Positions 41,815-50,092 of a stretch of DNA of 64,000 bases are shown one piece after another (the stretch's first letter is position 1; each line of letters opens with the position of its first letter). The notes under the pieces are model-generated. The model was not told where the DNA came from and did not search any database. It was given only the letters and a program-made list of their open reading frames with translations. A program made the translations under genes and the position numbers. Origin of the DNA: Gemmatimonadota bacterium. Lineage in GTDB: Bacteria; Gemmatimonadota; Gemmatimonadetes; Palauibacterales; Palauibacteraceae. Location: positions 24,534 through 88,533 of the forward strand of contig DATFLN010000004.1 in the NCBI GenBank assembly GCA_035267645.1. Reading direction: 5' to 3'.

Positions 41815-42603
41815 ATGAGCGCGCGCCGGCCCAGGCTCGCCGTGTGGAAGTTCGCCTCGTGCGACGGCTGCCAGCTCTCCCTCCTGGACTGCGAGGACGA
41901 GCTCCTGGCGGTGGCCGACCGGTTCCGCATCGCCCACTTCCCGGAGGCCACCAGCGCGGCGGTCCGGGGCCCGTACGACCTGTCGCTCGTCGAGGGCTCG
42001 ATCACGACGGAGGGCGACGCGGAGAAGCTCAAGCGCATCCGGCGGGTCTCCCGCCGCCTCGTGACGATCGGGGCCTGCGCCACCGCGGGCGGGATCCAGG
42101 CCCTGCGCAACTTCGCCGAGGCCGGCGCCTTCGTGGACGCCGTCTACCCCCGCCCGGACCTCATCGAGGCCCTGGCCACCTCGACGGCCGTCTCCGAGCA
42201 CGTCCCCGTGGACCTGGAGCTCACCGGGTGTCCCGTCTCGAAGTCCGAGCTGCTGGAGGTGATCGGCGCGTACCTGGCCGGCCGCGAGCCCGCCCTCCGC
42301 CGCGACGCGGTGTGCGAGGAGTGCAAGCGCCGCGGGACCGTGTGCGTGATGGTGGCCCGCGGGGTCCCGTGCCTGGGCCCGGTGACCCGCGCCGGGTGCG
42401 GCGCGCTGTGTCCCGCCTACGACCGGGGGTGCTACGGCTGCTTCGGCCCCAAGGAGACGCCCAACGTCCCCTCCCTGGCCCGCTGGTGGCGGGAGCGCCT
42501 GGGCGCCGCGCCCGAGGAGGTCCGCCGCGCCCTCTCGACCTACAACGTCAACGCCCCCGCCTTCCGGGAGGGCGCGGGCCTCGGGGAGGGATCCGGTGGC
42601 TGA
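41815..42603 (+). CDS. [NiFe]-hydrogenase small (delta, NuoB-like 20 kDa) subunit
   Basis: 262 aa. Motifs [30 protein letters not shown] and [12 protein letters not shown]...[29 protein letters not shown]. Confidence 0.9.
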   Translation: MSARRPRLAVWKFASCDGCQLSLLDCEDELLAVADRFRIAHFPEATSAAVRGPYDLSLVEGSITTEGDAEKLKRIRRVSRRLVTIGACATAGGIQALRNFAEAGAFVDAVYPRPDLIEALATSTAVSEHVPVDLELTGCPVSKSELLEVIGAYLAGREPALRRDAVCEECKRRGTVCVMVARGVPCLGPVTRAGCGALCPAYDRGCYGCFGPKETPNVPSLARWWRERLGAAPEEVRRALSTYNVNAPAFREGAGLGEGSGG

Positions 42604-43912
42604 GCGGACCGCGACGGAAGGGACCGGCAGGCGGACGATCCGCATCGACGCCCTGGCCCGCGTGGAGGGGCACGGCGCGGTCTACGTCCGCGTGGCGGGC
42701 GGCCGCGTCGTCGCCGCCGAGCTCCGGCTGTTCGAGCCGCCGCGCACCTTCGAGGCCCTCCTCCGCGGGCGGCACTTCACCGAGGCCCCCGACATCACCG
42801 CCCGGATCTGCGGCATCTGCCCCGTCGCCTACCAGATGAGCGCGTGCCGGGCGATGGAGGACGCGTGCGGGGTGGAGGTGGAGGAGCCCGTGCGCGAGCT
42901 CCGCCGGCTCCTGTACTGGGGGGAGTGGATCGAGAGCCACGCGCTTCACATCCACCTCCTGCACGCCCCCGACTTCCTGGGCTACGACGACGCGATGAGC
43001 ATGGCCCGGGAGCACGGGGACGCGGTGCGGCGCGGGCTCGACCTCAAGAAGGTCGGGAACGAGATCATGACCGTCCTCGGGGGCCGCGAGATCCACCCGA
43101 TCAACGTGCGGGTGGGCGGCTTCTACCGCGTGCCGACGCGCGCCGAGATCGCGCCGCTGCGCGAGCGGCTCCTGTGGGCTCGGGACGCGGCGCTCGAGAC
43201 CGTGCGGTGGGTGGGGGGGCTCGAGGCGCCCGAGGCGGAGCTGGAGTGCGAGCTGGTCGCCCTCCGCCACCCGGACCGCTACCCGGCCTACGAGGGCCGC
43301 ATCGCGTCCACGGCGGGTCTCGACATCGCGCCCTCGGCCTTCGAGGCGCACATTCTCGAGGAGCAGGCCCCCTACACCCACGCCCTCCAGGCCCGGATCG
43401 CCGGGCGCGGAGCCTACCTCACGGGTCCGCTGGCCCGCTACGCGCTGAACGCCGAGCACCTCTCGCCCGCCGCCCGCGAGGCGGCCCGGGAGGCGGGGCT
43501 GGGAGATGTCTGCCGGAACCCGCACCGGAGCATCGTGGTGCGCGCCGTCGAGGTCGCCCACGCGTGCGAGGAGGCGCTCCGGATCGTCGAGGCGTACGTG
43601 CCCCCCGAACGGCCGGCCGTGGAGGTCGAGCCCCGCGAGGCCACGGGCCACGGCTGCACGGAGGCGCCGCGGGGCATCCTGTACCACCGCTACGACCTGG
43701 CGGAGGACGGGACGATCCGCGAGGCGCGCATCGTGCCTCCCACCTCGCAGAACCAGCGAGCCATCGAGGAGGACCTCCGGGCCGCCGTCGAGCGCTCGCT
43801 GGACCTCCCGCGCGCCGAGCTCGAGCACGTGTGCGAGAGGGTGGTCCGGGCCCACGACCCGTGCATCTCGTGCGCGACGCACTTCCTCACGCTGGAGGTC
43901 GAGGACACGTGA
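42596..43912 (+). CDS. [NiFe]-hydrogenase large subunit (group 3b-like)
   Basis: 438 aa, GTG start overlapping the small-subunit 3' end by 8 nt. N-terminal Ni-binding motif [11 protein letters not shown]; C-terminal DPCISCATH. Both cysteine pairs use Cys codons, so there is no Sec. Confidence 0.9.
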   Translation: MAERTATEGTGRRTIRIDALARVEGHGAVYVRVAGGRVVAAELRLFEPPRTFEALLRGRHFTEAPDITARICGICPVAYQMSACRAMEDACGVEVEEPVRELRRLLYWGEWIESHALHIHLLHAPDFLGYDDAMSMAREHGDAVRRGLDLKKVGNEIMTVLGGREIHPINVRVGGFYRVPTRAEIAPLRERLLWARDAALETVRWVGGLEAPEAELECELVALRHPDRYPAYEGRIASTAGLDIAPSAFEAHILEEQAPYTHALQARIAGRGAYLTGPLARYALNAEHLSPAAREAAREAGLGDVCRNPHRSIVVRAVEVAHACEEALRIVEAYVPPERPAVEVEPREATGHGCTEAPRGILYHRYDLAEDGTIREARIVPPTSQNQRAIEEDLRAAVERSLDLPRAELEHVCERVVRAHDPCISCATHFLTLEVEDT

Positions 43913-44712
43913 ACCGGCCGACGAACGGTGGCGGACGGAACGGCGGCGAGCTTCGCGCGGTCGTGGCGGGGCTCGGTGCGGAGGACCGCGGGGACGACGC
44001 GGCCGGCCTCGAGGTGGCCCGCCTCCTCTCCTGGTTCGCGCCGGACGGCGTACGCGTGTACGCGCTGCCGGGAGGACGGACGGCCGACCTGCTGGAGGTG
44101 TGGGAGGGGGCTCCGCTGGCGGTGGTCGTCGACGCGGCCGTGTCGGGGGCGCCCCCGGGCACGGTCCACCGGCTGGACGGCCTGGCGGGATCCCTTTTGC
44201 CGCCACCCGACCGGAGCTCCACCCACGGGCTGACCGTGGCGGACGTGATCGAGCTGGGACGGGCCCTGGGCCGGCTCCCCGAGCGGCTCCTCGTCTTCGG
44301 CATCGAGGCGGGCCAGGTGGACCCGGGGCGCGGCCTCACCCCGCCCGTGCGGGCCGGCGTGCAGCGGGCGGTGCGCGACGTCCTGCAGTCCTGGGCCGTG
44401 CCCGAGGGCCCTTCCACCGACCCGCGCGAGAAGCGGCTCGCCGTCCCTACCGAGGATCACCCTCTCGACTACATCGACTTCGAGGGCGTCATCCCCGAGG
44501 GCGAGCACGGGGCGGGGACCGTGATCGTGTGGGACCGCGGCACCCACCGGAACCTCACCGAGGACGAGGAGGGCGACGCCCGCCGGAACCCGGTCTCCAC
44601 CGAGCCCGAGTCCGTGACGACGGGCCGGACGCTGGAGGAGGTGGCCGAGGAGGAGGACGCGCGATCGCCCCCCGAGGACGCCGAGGACGTGGCGTGGGAG
44701 CGGCCGGACTGA
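43909..44712 (+). CDS. Hydrogenase maturation endopeptidase (HybD/HoxW-like) fused in frame to a degenerate LigD 3'-phosphoesterase fragment
   Basis: Frame of ORF 42844..44712. GTG 43909 overlaps the large-subunit stop. Protease motifs [19 protein letters not shown] and [14 protein letters not shown]. From 44383 the sequence reads [53 protein letters not shown], matching LigD-PE LKSWAVPKGPxLDPxxKRLAVxVEDHPLxYxxFEGxIPxGxYGAGxVIVWDRG. Confidence 0.8.
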   Translation: MNRPTNGGGRNGGELRAVVAGLGAEDRGDDAAGLEVARLLSWFAPDGVRVYALPGGRTADLLEVWEGAPLAVVVDAAVSGAPPGTVHRLDGLAGSLLPPPDRSSTHGLTVADVIELGRALGRLPERLLVFGIEAGQVDPGRGLTPPVRAGVQRAVRDVLQSWAVPEGPSTDPREKRLAVPTEDHPLDYIDFEGVIPEGEHGAGTVIVWDRGTHRNLTEDEEGDARRNPVSTEPESVTTGRTLEEVAEEEDARSPPEDAEDVAWERPD

Positions 44713-44784
44713 CCGGACTCGAGCACGCCGTCGTCCTCGGAACGGAGCGTCACGCCCTGGCCGGACCCGTGCGCCCGGATGGAC

Positions 44785-45351
44785 CTACGGGCTCACGGGG
44801 GACCGGTCCAGGAGGTGGACGGTGCTGGCCTGGGGCCCCTTCAGCCCCTGCTCGACCGCGAAGCGGACCCGGCTCCCCACCTCCACGCGGTCGAACGCGT
44901 CGTCCAGCACGCTGTTCTCGTGGAAGTAGACCTCGTCGCCCTCGGGCGTCTCGATGAAGCCGTAGCCCTCGTACGGAAAGAGCTTGACGACCCGGCCGTG
45001 CGGCATCTCCTCGTGGGTCTTTACGTCACCCCGGAGCTTCCGGACGTAGTCCTCGAGCTGGCGGACCATCGCGTCGAAGGCCTCCGTGATCGCCACGGGG
45101 AGCTCTTCCCACCTCTCGTGGGCGGGGGGCTCCCGGCTGACCACGAGCTCGGTACCCGGCACGCGCACCTCGATCCGGACATGGTAGAGGTTCCCCTCCT
45201 CGTGCCTGGGGCTGGGCATCTCGACCATGACGTGGCAGCTCGTGATCCGATCGAAGAAGCGCTCGAGCCGGCCGATCTCCTCGTCGATCCGGGCCCTGAG
45301 GTCCGGCGTGGGCTCCACGTTCCGGTAGCTGATCTCGGGAGGTGTCTGCAT
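44785..45351 (-). CDS. HPF/RaiA-family ribosome-associated factor fused to a cold-shock (CSD) domain
   Basis: 188 aa with a strong GGAGGAGG Shine-Dalgarno. The N-terminal half ISYRNVEPTPDLRARIDEEIGRLERFFDRITSCHVMVE...YHVRIEVRVPG is the S30AE/HPF fold. The C-terminal half GRVVKLFPYEGYGFIETPEGDEVYFHENSV...VGSRVRF is CSD-like. Confidence 0.8.
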   Translation of the reverse strand: MQTPPEISYRNVEPTPDLRARIDEEIGRLERFFDRITSCHVMVEMPSPRHEEGNLYHVRIEVRVPGTELVVSREPPAHERWEELPVAITEAFDAMVRQLEDYVRKLRGDVKTHEEMPHGRVVKLFPYEGYGFIETPEGDEVYFHENSVLDDAFDRVEVGSRVRFAVEQGLKGPQASTVHLLDRSPVSP

Positions 45352-45610
45352 GGCTCTCCTCCTCCTGAACTCGGGAGCGTCACCGCCGGGCGGCCCGGGG
45401 CACTCCGACCGGCATCAGGCCGAGCGGCTCGAGGCGACCGATCCTCTCCAATGTGCGTGGATCGCGCCCTGGCCGGCTATCGGGTAATCCCCGTCCCGGT
45501 CTGTCGGGAATCCTCTCGACTCCGCCGAGCGCCCGGTGCTCGCCCCCCGAAGCCGTTACACTCCCACCGCGAAGCCACGCCGCCGCACCCCGACCCGGAG
45601 AGGAGATCCG

Positions 45611-46330
45611 ATGAGCGACGAGACGCCCACAGCCCGACCGACCGGCAACCTCCGTCCCGTGAGCCTCGAGCTGGGAGCCGCCCCGTTCGCCGAAGGGTCG
45701 TGCCTCATCGAGGCCGGCCGCACCCGCGTCCTGTGCGCCGCCACCGTCGAGGAGGGCGTCCCGACGTGGCGCGAGGGCCGCGGCGGCTGGGTCACCGGGG
45801 AGTACGCCATGCTCCCCCGCTCCACGAACGAGAGGACGCCCCGGGAGCGGAGGGGCGCCGGGGGACGGACGAAGGAGATCCAGCGCCTCATCGGCCGCTC
45901 GCTCCGGGCTGCGGTCGACCTGGACGCCCTCGGCGAGCACACCGTGATCGTGGACTGCGACGTCCTCGTGGCGGACGGCGGGACGCGGACGGCCTCCATC
46001 ACCGGCGGCTGCCTGGCCCTGTGGCAGGCGCTCGAGGGGCTGGTCGCGTCGGGAGCGGTGGACGAGAACCCGCTCACGACCCGCGTGGCCGCGGTGAGCG
46101 TCGGGATCGTGGACGGCGAGCCGCGTCTGGACCTGGACTACGAGCTGGACGTGGCGGCGGGCGTGGACATGAACGTGGTCGCGCTCGAGGACGGCAGGCT
46201 GGTGGAGGTCCAGGGCACGGCCGAGGGGCATCCGTTCGGACGCGAGGCGCTGGACGCGCTCCTGGACCTGGCCCTGGGCGGCATCCGGGAGCTGCTGGAG
46301 CGGCAGCGCGAGGTCATGGAACGGGCGTAG
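45611..46330 (+). CDS. rph: Ribonuclease PH
   Basis: Start trimmed to ATG 45611. Motifs [65 protein letters not shown] and [19 protein letters not shown]. Confidence 0.95.
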   Translation: MSDETPTARPTGNLRPVSLELGAAPFAEGSCLIEAGRTRVLCAATVEEGVPTWREGRGGWVTGEYAMLPRSTNERTPRERRGAGGRTKEIQRLIGRSLRAAVDLDALGEHTVIVDCDVLVADGGTRTASITGGCLALWQALEGLVASGAVDENPLTTRVAAVSVGIVDGEPRLDLDYELDVAAGVDMNVVALEDGRLVEVQGTAEGHPFGREALDALLDLALGGIRELLERQREVMERA

Positions 46331-46352
46331 GCGGGGGCCGGGAGAGTCGGGA

Positions 46353-46396
46353 GCACGGGCCCGGGCCGGGGAATGCCCCCCGGCCCGGCCGCGTGC
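46353..46396. terminator. GC-rich hairpin between convergent rph and cupredoxin genes (candidate bidirectional terminator)
   Basis: The arm gcacgggcccgggccgggg (46353-46371) pairs with ccccggcccggccgcgtgc (46378-46396) as a 19-bp stem with 2 mismatches and loop aatgcc. No U-tract is present. Confidence 0.45.
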
Positions 46397-46402
46397 TCGG
46401 GC

Positions 46403-46846
46403 TCATCTGGCGATGATGAGGGCGTGGACCATCTGGTTGGGATGCACCTGGCAGTGGTACACGTAGCGTCCCGCCTGGCTGACGGTATAGACCGTGGAGA
46501 TCTCGTTGTAGCTCAGAAGTCCGGTGCCGATCGTGCTGGCACCGGCCGGCACCGAGTCGCTCGTGGCCGTGTGCTGAATCCCCTGGTCCAGGTTCACCCA
46601 CTGGACCGTCGAGCCCACGTCGACCGTGATCGAGTCCGTCCCGTTCGACGTGTGGTAGGCGATGCTCTGCATGTCGATCACGACGTCCGCGGAGGGGCTC
46701 GGGGCGGTGCCACCACCTCCACCACCTCCACCACCACTTCCGGTCACCGAGCTCGACCCCCCGCACGCGGCGAGGGCGAGGGCGGCCGCCGCGACCAGGG
46801 CCGTTCGGAATCCAGGCGAGCCTCTCGCTGTCGACGCTCGTTTCAT
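46403..46846 (-). CDS. Cupredoxin (type-1 blue copper) lipoprotein with poly-Gly tether
   Basis: 147 aa with AGGAGG Shine-Dalgarno. Lipobox ALALAACGG and linker SGGGGGGGGGT. Copper-site motifs VQWVNLDQGIQHTA and YVYHCQVHPNQM (H...C-x2-H-x3-M). Confidence 0.8.
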   Translation of the reverse strand: MKRASTARGSPGFRTALVAAAALALAACGGSSSVTGSGGGGGGGGGTAPSPSADVVIDMQSIAYHTSNGTDSITVDVGSTVQWVNLDQGIQHTATSDSVPAGASTIGTGLLSYNEISTVYTVSQAGRYVYHCQVHPNQMVHALIIAR

Positions 46847-46849
46847 GTG

Positions 46850-48016
46850 TCAGCCTCCTGTTCGTGTGACCAGAATGATCCCCTTCATGAAGGGGTGTGG
46901 AGTGCAGTGGTACGCGTAGCGTCCCGGCTCCTCGAACTTCCTCTGGTAGCTCGAACCCGGGTCGATGAGCGGTGAGGCCCAGATGTCTGCGCTCGAGGTG
47001 GTCGAATGGGCCAGAGGGTCGTGGTTCACCCAGCGGACGGTCGTGCCCGGCCGGATCCGGAGCGTGTCCGGATGGAAGGCCAGGCTCTTGATCTCGATCT
47101 CGACCACCGTTCCCGGCCCGCCGACCGCGTGGCCGGACGCCGTCGGCGCGGCGCCCGTCGCCGCCGCCCCGCCACCCCCCGACCCCTCATCCGATCCTCC
47201 CCCTTCCGGATGGACGAGCTGGCCCCAGCGGGCGAAGCCGCTGAACGGCACCGTGAACTCGAAGCCCCAGTATACGGTGCCCGGGACACCCACCGAGGTC
47301 CCCTCCAGCGTCCCGCTCGAGACGTTGGTGGCCATGATCGAGAGGGTGTGCGGCGTGTACGGAATGGCGACCTCGAGGCCGGCGCTCCAGGCGGCCGGGC
47401 CGTCCATCCCGGCCACGAGGTCGGCCGCGTCGCCCGCGAGGGTGACGAAGCGGTTCAGCTCGAGTCCGAGTCCACCGGCCAGCGCCAGAGAGGCGCGCCG
47501 GTCGGCGCCGGTGTGGTCGAAGCCGTCCGAGAAGCCGCGTACGGCGCCGAGGACGCGCAAAGGACCGAACCGGGTCTGTCCCGTGATCTCGCCGTCCGCG
47601 CTGCTCGTCCCCCCGTTCCAGGCCGCCGTCAGGGCCACCGACGGCCCCGGCCCCGCATGCCGCCCCCCGGGAGACCAGGTGGCGTACGGCTGCCACTCGT
47701 TCGAGCCGCCGGCCAGCAACGACCGGGTGCTGTATCGGAAACCGGCCATGAGACCGGGAGCGAGGCCGAAGTCCAGCTGGAACGTCGGATAGTTGACGAT
47801 CTTGCCGTCGCCGAAGATGTCCGTGATGTCCGCGTTGGGGCCGACGACCTGGAAGCGGTGCGAGAAGTCGAAGAACAGATGCCCGGGAGAAGCCGTCCAC
47901 GTACCCGCCAGGTTCGGCGTCCGGCCGGTCACGGGCTGGGCCTTCACGCCCACCGGAGCCGCGAGGACGATGCTCGCGAGGGCGACCCTCGACATCCACG
48001 AACAGGTCGAACGCAT
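46850..48016 (-). CDS. Secreted two-domain protein: N-terminal beta-rich domain of unknown function + C-terminal cupredoxin
   Basis: Frame of ORF 46850..48124, with the start at ATG 48016 (or 47995). Signal SRVALASIVLAAPVGVKAQ. The N-terminal roughly 270 aa are beta-strand-like (FFDFSHRFQVVG...IVNYPTFQLDFGL...). A Gly-rich linker precedes IEIKSLAFHPDTLRIRPGTTVRWVNHDPLAHSTT...YAYHCTPHPFMKG (type-1 Cu ligands). Confidence 0.7.
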   Translation of the reverse strand: MRSTCSWMSRVALASIVLAAPVGVKAQPVTGRTPNLAGTWTASPGHLFFDFSHRFQVVGPNADITDIFGDGKIVNYPTFQLDFGLAPGLMAGFRYSTRSLLAGGSNEWQPYATWSPGGRHAGPGPSVALTAAWNGGTSSADGEITGQTRFGPLRVLGAVRGFSDGFDHTGADRRASLALAGGLGLELNRFVTLAGDAADLVAGMDGPAAWSAGLEVAIPYTPHTLSIMATNVSSGTLEGTSVGVPGTVYWGFEFTVPFSGFARWGQLVHPEGGGSDEGSGGGGAAATGAAPTASGHAVGGPGTVVEIEIKSLAFHPDTLRIRPGTTVRWVNHDPLAHSTTSSADIWASPLIDPGSSYQRKFEEPGRYAYHCTPHPFMKGIILVTRTGG

Positions 48017-48211
48017 GCCTCTCACTCCGTGTCTCACGGGACCCTCTCCTCGCGGACCGGCATCGCCGACCGCAGGACCACCGTCCGCGGCAGTCCGGGC
48101 GGCGGCCGTGCCCCGACCGCTCACAGGACCACGAACGAAGGCGGAGCCCCGGGGGTTCCCGTGACACGGCGCCGCCGGATCCGCCGGGGGGGCGCTTGAC
48201 GTTGCAGGAGG

Positions 48212-48237
48212 GGAACCGGAGTATCCGGCACGTCGTT
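48212..48237 (+). promoter_or_regulatory. Candidate ECF-type promoter upstream of the anti-sigma gene
   Basis: GGAACC (48212-48217), 16 nt, CGTT (48234-37), 75 nt upstream of ATG 48312. This matches the generic ECF GGAAC-N16/17-CGT(T/C) pattern. Confidence 0.35.
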
Positions 48238-48311
48238 TAGGCCCGTGTCACGCACACGGTGGGGACAGGGCCCGCCGACGGGTCCGGAGGCGCGAAACCG
48301 GGACGAGGCCG

Positions 48312-48587
48312 ATGGATCGTCGCAGCTGCACACAGATCCGCCAGCGACTCGATTCCTATGTGGACGGCGAGCTGGTGGAGGCGGAGGCGCGAGCCGTCGA
48401 GGAGCACCTGGCGGCCTGCGGGCTCTGCGCGGAGCGTCTCGCGTTCGAGCGAGCGTTGCTCGACGGCCTCAAGCAGAGGATCCGGGAAGCGTACGTCCCC
48501 CCCGGCCTTCGATCCAGGATCCGGGACGCCCTGGAGCGGGGCCGCGCGGAGCGGAGCGAAGCTACGGAGAGCCGTTTCGAAGGCTGA
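48312..48587 (+). CDS. Soluble zf-HC2 anti-sigma factor (ASD only, no TM segment)
   Basis: 91 aa. CTQIRQRLDSYVDGELVEAEARAVEEHLAACGLCAERL carries the H-x3-C-x2-C motif. Confidence 0.8.
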   Translation: MDRRSCTQIRQRLDSYVDGELVEAEARAVEEHLAACGLCAERLAFERALLDGLKQRIREAYVPPGLRSRIRDALERGRAERSEATESRFEG

Positions 48588-49278
48588 GGCTCCGGCCGCC
48601 CGACCCCCGGTCACGGGGCCCCGAGCCGTCCGTGCCCGTACCGGTCTCACCACCCCCGTCCCCGGACCCGACGAGCCCGTGCTCCTCCGCGATCCGCCAT
48701 AACGCCACCTGCAGGCGCTGCCGGCCCCGGTGCAGCCGCGAGCGCACGGTGCCGAGCGGACACGCCAGCGCGTCCGCGATCTCCTGATAGGAGAGGTCCT
48801 CCACGAAATACAGCACGGCCGCGGCACGGAACTCGTCCGGGAGCGCGTCGAGCGCGGCCTCGATGTGGCTCCCGTCGAGGCGCCGCAGGAAGGCTTCGGC
48901 CGGGTTGACCGGTCTCCCCGTCGTCCGGGACGCGACGAGCCGGTGGTACAGGTGGTGGTCGGCCTCGCCGTCGATGGGGACCGTGTCCGGGGCGCGGCGG
49001 CTCCGCCGATACGAGTCGTAGAAGGCGTGGGTCAGGATCCTCAGGAACCAGGCCTTGAAGTTGGTGCCCGGCTCGAAGCCGTCGAACCCGTTCCAGGCCT
49101 TCAAAGACGCCTCCTGGACCAGGTCTTCCGCGTCGTCGGCGTCCCGCGTCAGGTGCCGCGCCGCGGCGTAGGCGGGCGGCAGCACGGGATCGAGGAGCCT
49201 CACGAAGCGGTCGCGCGGATCGGCTGCGTCTCCGATGGCTTCGGAGCCGGTGGTCGGATCCGGGCCTTCTTCGCTCAT
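48562..49278 (-). CDS. ECF (sigma-70 group IV) RNA polymerase sigma factor with Gly-rich C-terminal tail
   Basis: 238 aa. Region 2 DAEDLVQEASLKAWNGFDGFEPGTNFKAWFLRILTHAFYD; region 4 LSYQEIADALACPLGTVRSRLHRGRQRLQ. The 3' end overlaps the convergent anti-sigma gene by 26 nt. Confidence 0.9.
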   Translation of the reverse strand: MSEEGPDPTTGSEAIGDAADPRDRFVRLLDPVLPPAYAAARHLTRDADDAEDLVQEASLKAWNGFDGFEPGTNFKAWFLRILTHAFYDSYRRSRRAPDTVPIDGEADHHLYHRLVASRTTGRPVNPAEAFLRRLDGSHIEAALDALPDEFRAAAVLYFVEDLSYQEIADALACPLGTVRSRLHRGRQRLQVALWRIAEEHGLVGSGDGGGETGTGTDGSGPRDRGSGGRSLSLRNGSP

Positions 49279-49348
49279 CCGGGCCGTCCATTGCCGGTGG
49301 AAAACTCGACCTCGGAGCGTGTCGCTGGCGAGGCGCGCGGGTTATCGT

Positions 49349-49364
49349 AGACGACCGGTCGTCT
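49349..49364. promoter_or_regulatory. Perfect 16-bp palindrome AGACGACCGGTCGTCT between tetR and the ECF sigma gene (candidate TetR operator)
   Basis: Read directly from the sequence. It lies 71 nt upstream of the sigma start (49278). The 16-mer acgaccggtcgtctcg recurs at 50002-50017. Confidence 0.5.
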
Positions 49365-49399
49365 CGCCCTCCGTCGAGAAGCGAAGGCGGGCGGCACGG

Positions 49400-49990
49400 T
49401 CAGGGCTGAAAGTAGTCGTCCAGCAAGCGACGCTGACAGCGGCGCACGGGTTCGAGCGTTCGCTCGATCTTCATGCGAATGACCCCGCCCTCCCAGGTCT
49501 CGACCAGGAGGTTCGCCATCTCCTCCGCCTCGATGTCGCGGCGCACGAGACCTTGCTCCTGCGCATCACTCAGGGCGTCGCGGATCCCGCCGCACAGGGC
49601 CCGGATCGAACCGGCGAGGGCCTCGCGGCACGCCGCGCTGCCTTCGAGCTCCCCGCCCAGGTTGCCCAGGAGGCAGCCCCCGACGTACCCCGACTCCTCG
49701 AACTGCTCCATCATGGCGCCGAAGAAGCCCCGCAGGCCGCTCAGCGGATCCGGCGCGCTCGCCAGCTCGCGCGCCAGGAGGTCGCCGACGCCCTCGGCGA
49801 AGTGCAGGATGGTCGCCGCCCCGAACTCCTCCTTGCTGCCGAAATAGTTGTAGAAGGAGCCCTTGGGGATCCCGGCGCGATCGAGCACGTGCTGGAGGCC
49901 GGTGCCGTGGAAGCCGAATTCCCGGAAGGCGGCCACACCCTCGTCGAGAAGGCGCTCCCGGGTTCGCTCCTTGTGGCTCGTTCGAATCAT
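49400..49990 (-). CDS. TetR/AcrR-family transcriptional regulator
   Basis: Start trimmed to ATG 49990 (MIRTSHKERTRERLLDEGVAAFREFGFHGTGLQHVLDRAGIPKGSFYNYFGSKEEF, the canonical TetR HTH). Confidence 0.9.
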   Translation of the reverse strand: MIRTSHKERTRERLLDEGVAAFREFGFHGTGLQHVLDRAGIPKGSFYNYFGSKEEFGAATILHFAEGVGDLLARELASAPDPLSGLRGFFGAMMEQFEESGYVGGCLLGNLGGELEGSAACREALAGSIRALCGGIRDALSDAQEQGLVRRDIEAEEMANLLVETWEGGVIRMKIERTLEPVRRCQRRLLDDYFQP

Positions 49991-49999
49991 GGAGAGATG

Positions 50000-50015
50000 A
50001 TACGACCGGTCGTCT
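50000..50015. promoter_or_regulatory. Second copy (14/16 palindromic) of the ACGACCGGTCGT box, 10 nt upstream of the tetR start
   Basis: atacgaccggtcgtct read directly from the sequence. Its position is consistent with autoregulation. Confidence 0.5.
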
Positions 50016-50092
50016 CGACGGGTCAAGAGCATGCTCCCTCCCCCGCCCGTCGAGACGAGCCGCGTGTCCCCGACCGGGGCTCGACAAGCCGG

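Noticed and set aside
42596-43912. A possible [NiFeSe] hydrogenase or other selenoprotein (in-frame TGA), given the selenium-themed operon nearby.
   Set aside because: The C-terminal metal motif is DPCISCATH with ordinary Cys codons. I found no pair of adjacent same-frame ORFs split by TGA in any gene of the window that would suggest Sec decoding.
46700-46745. A short tandem-looking repeat (ccacctccaccacctccaccacc). I also looked generally for CRISPR-like spacing.
   Set aside because: It is the antisense of codons for a poly-Gly tether (SGGGGGGGGGT) inside the cupredoxin lipoprotein gene. I found no repeat-spacer periodicity anywhere in the window.
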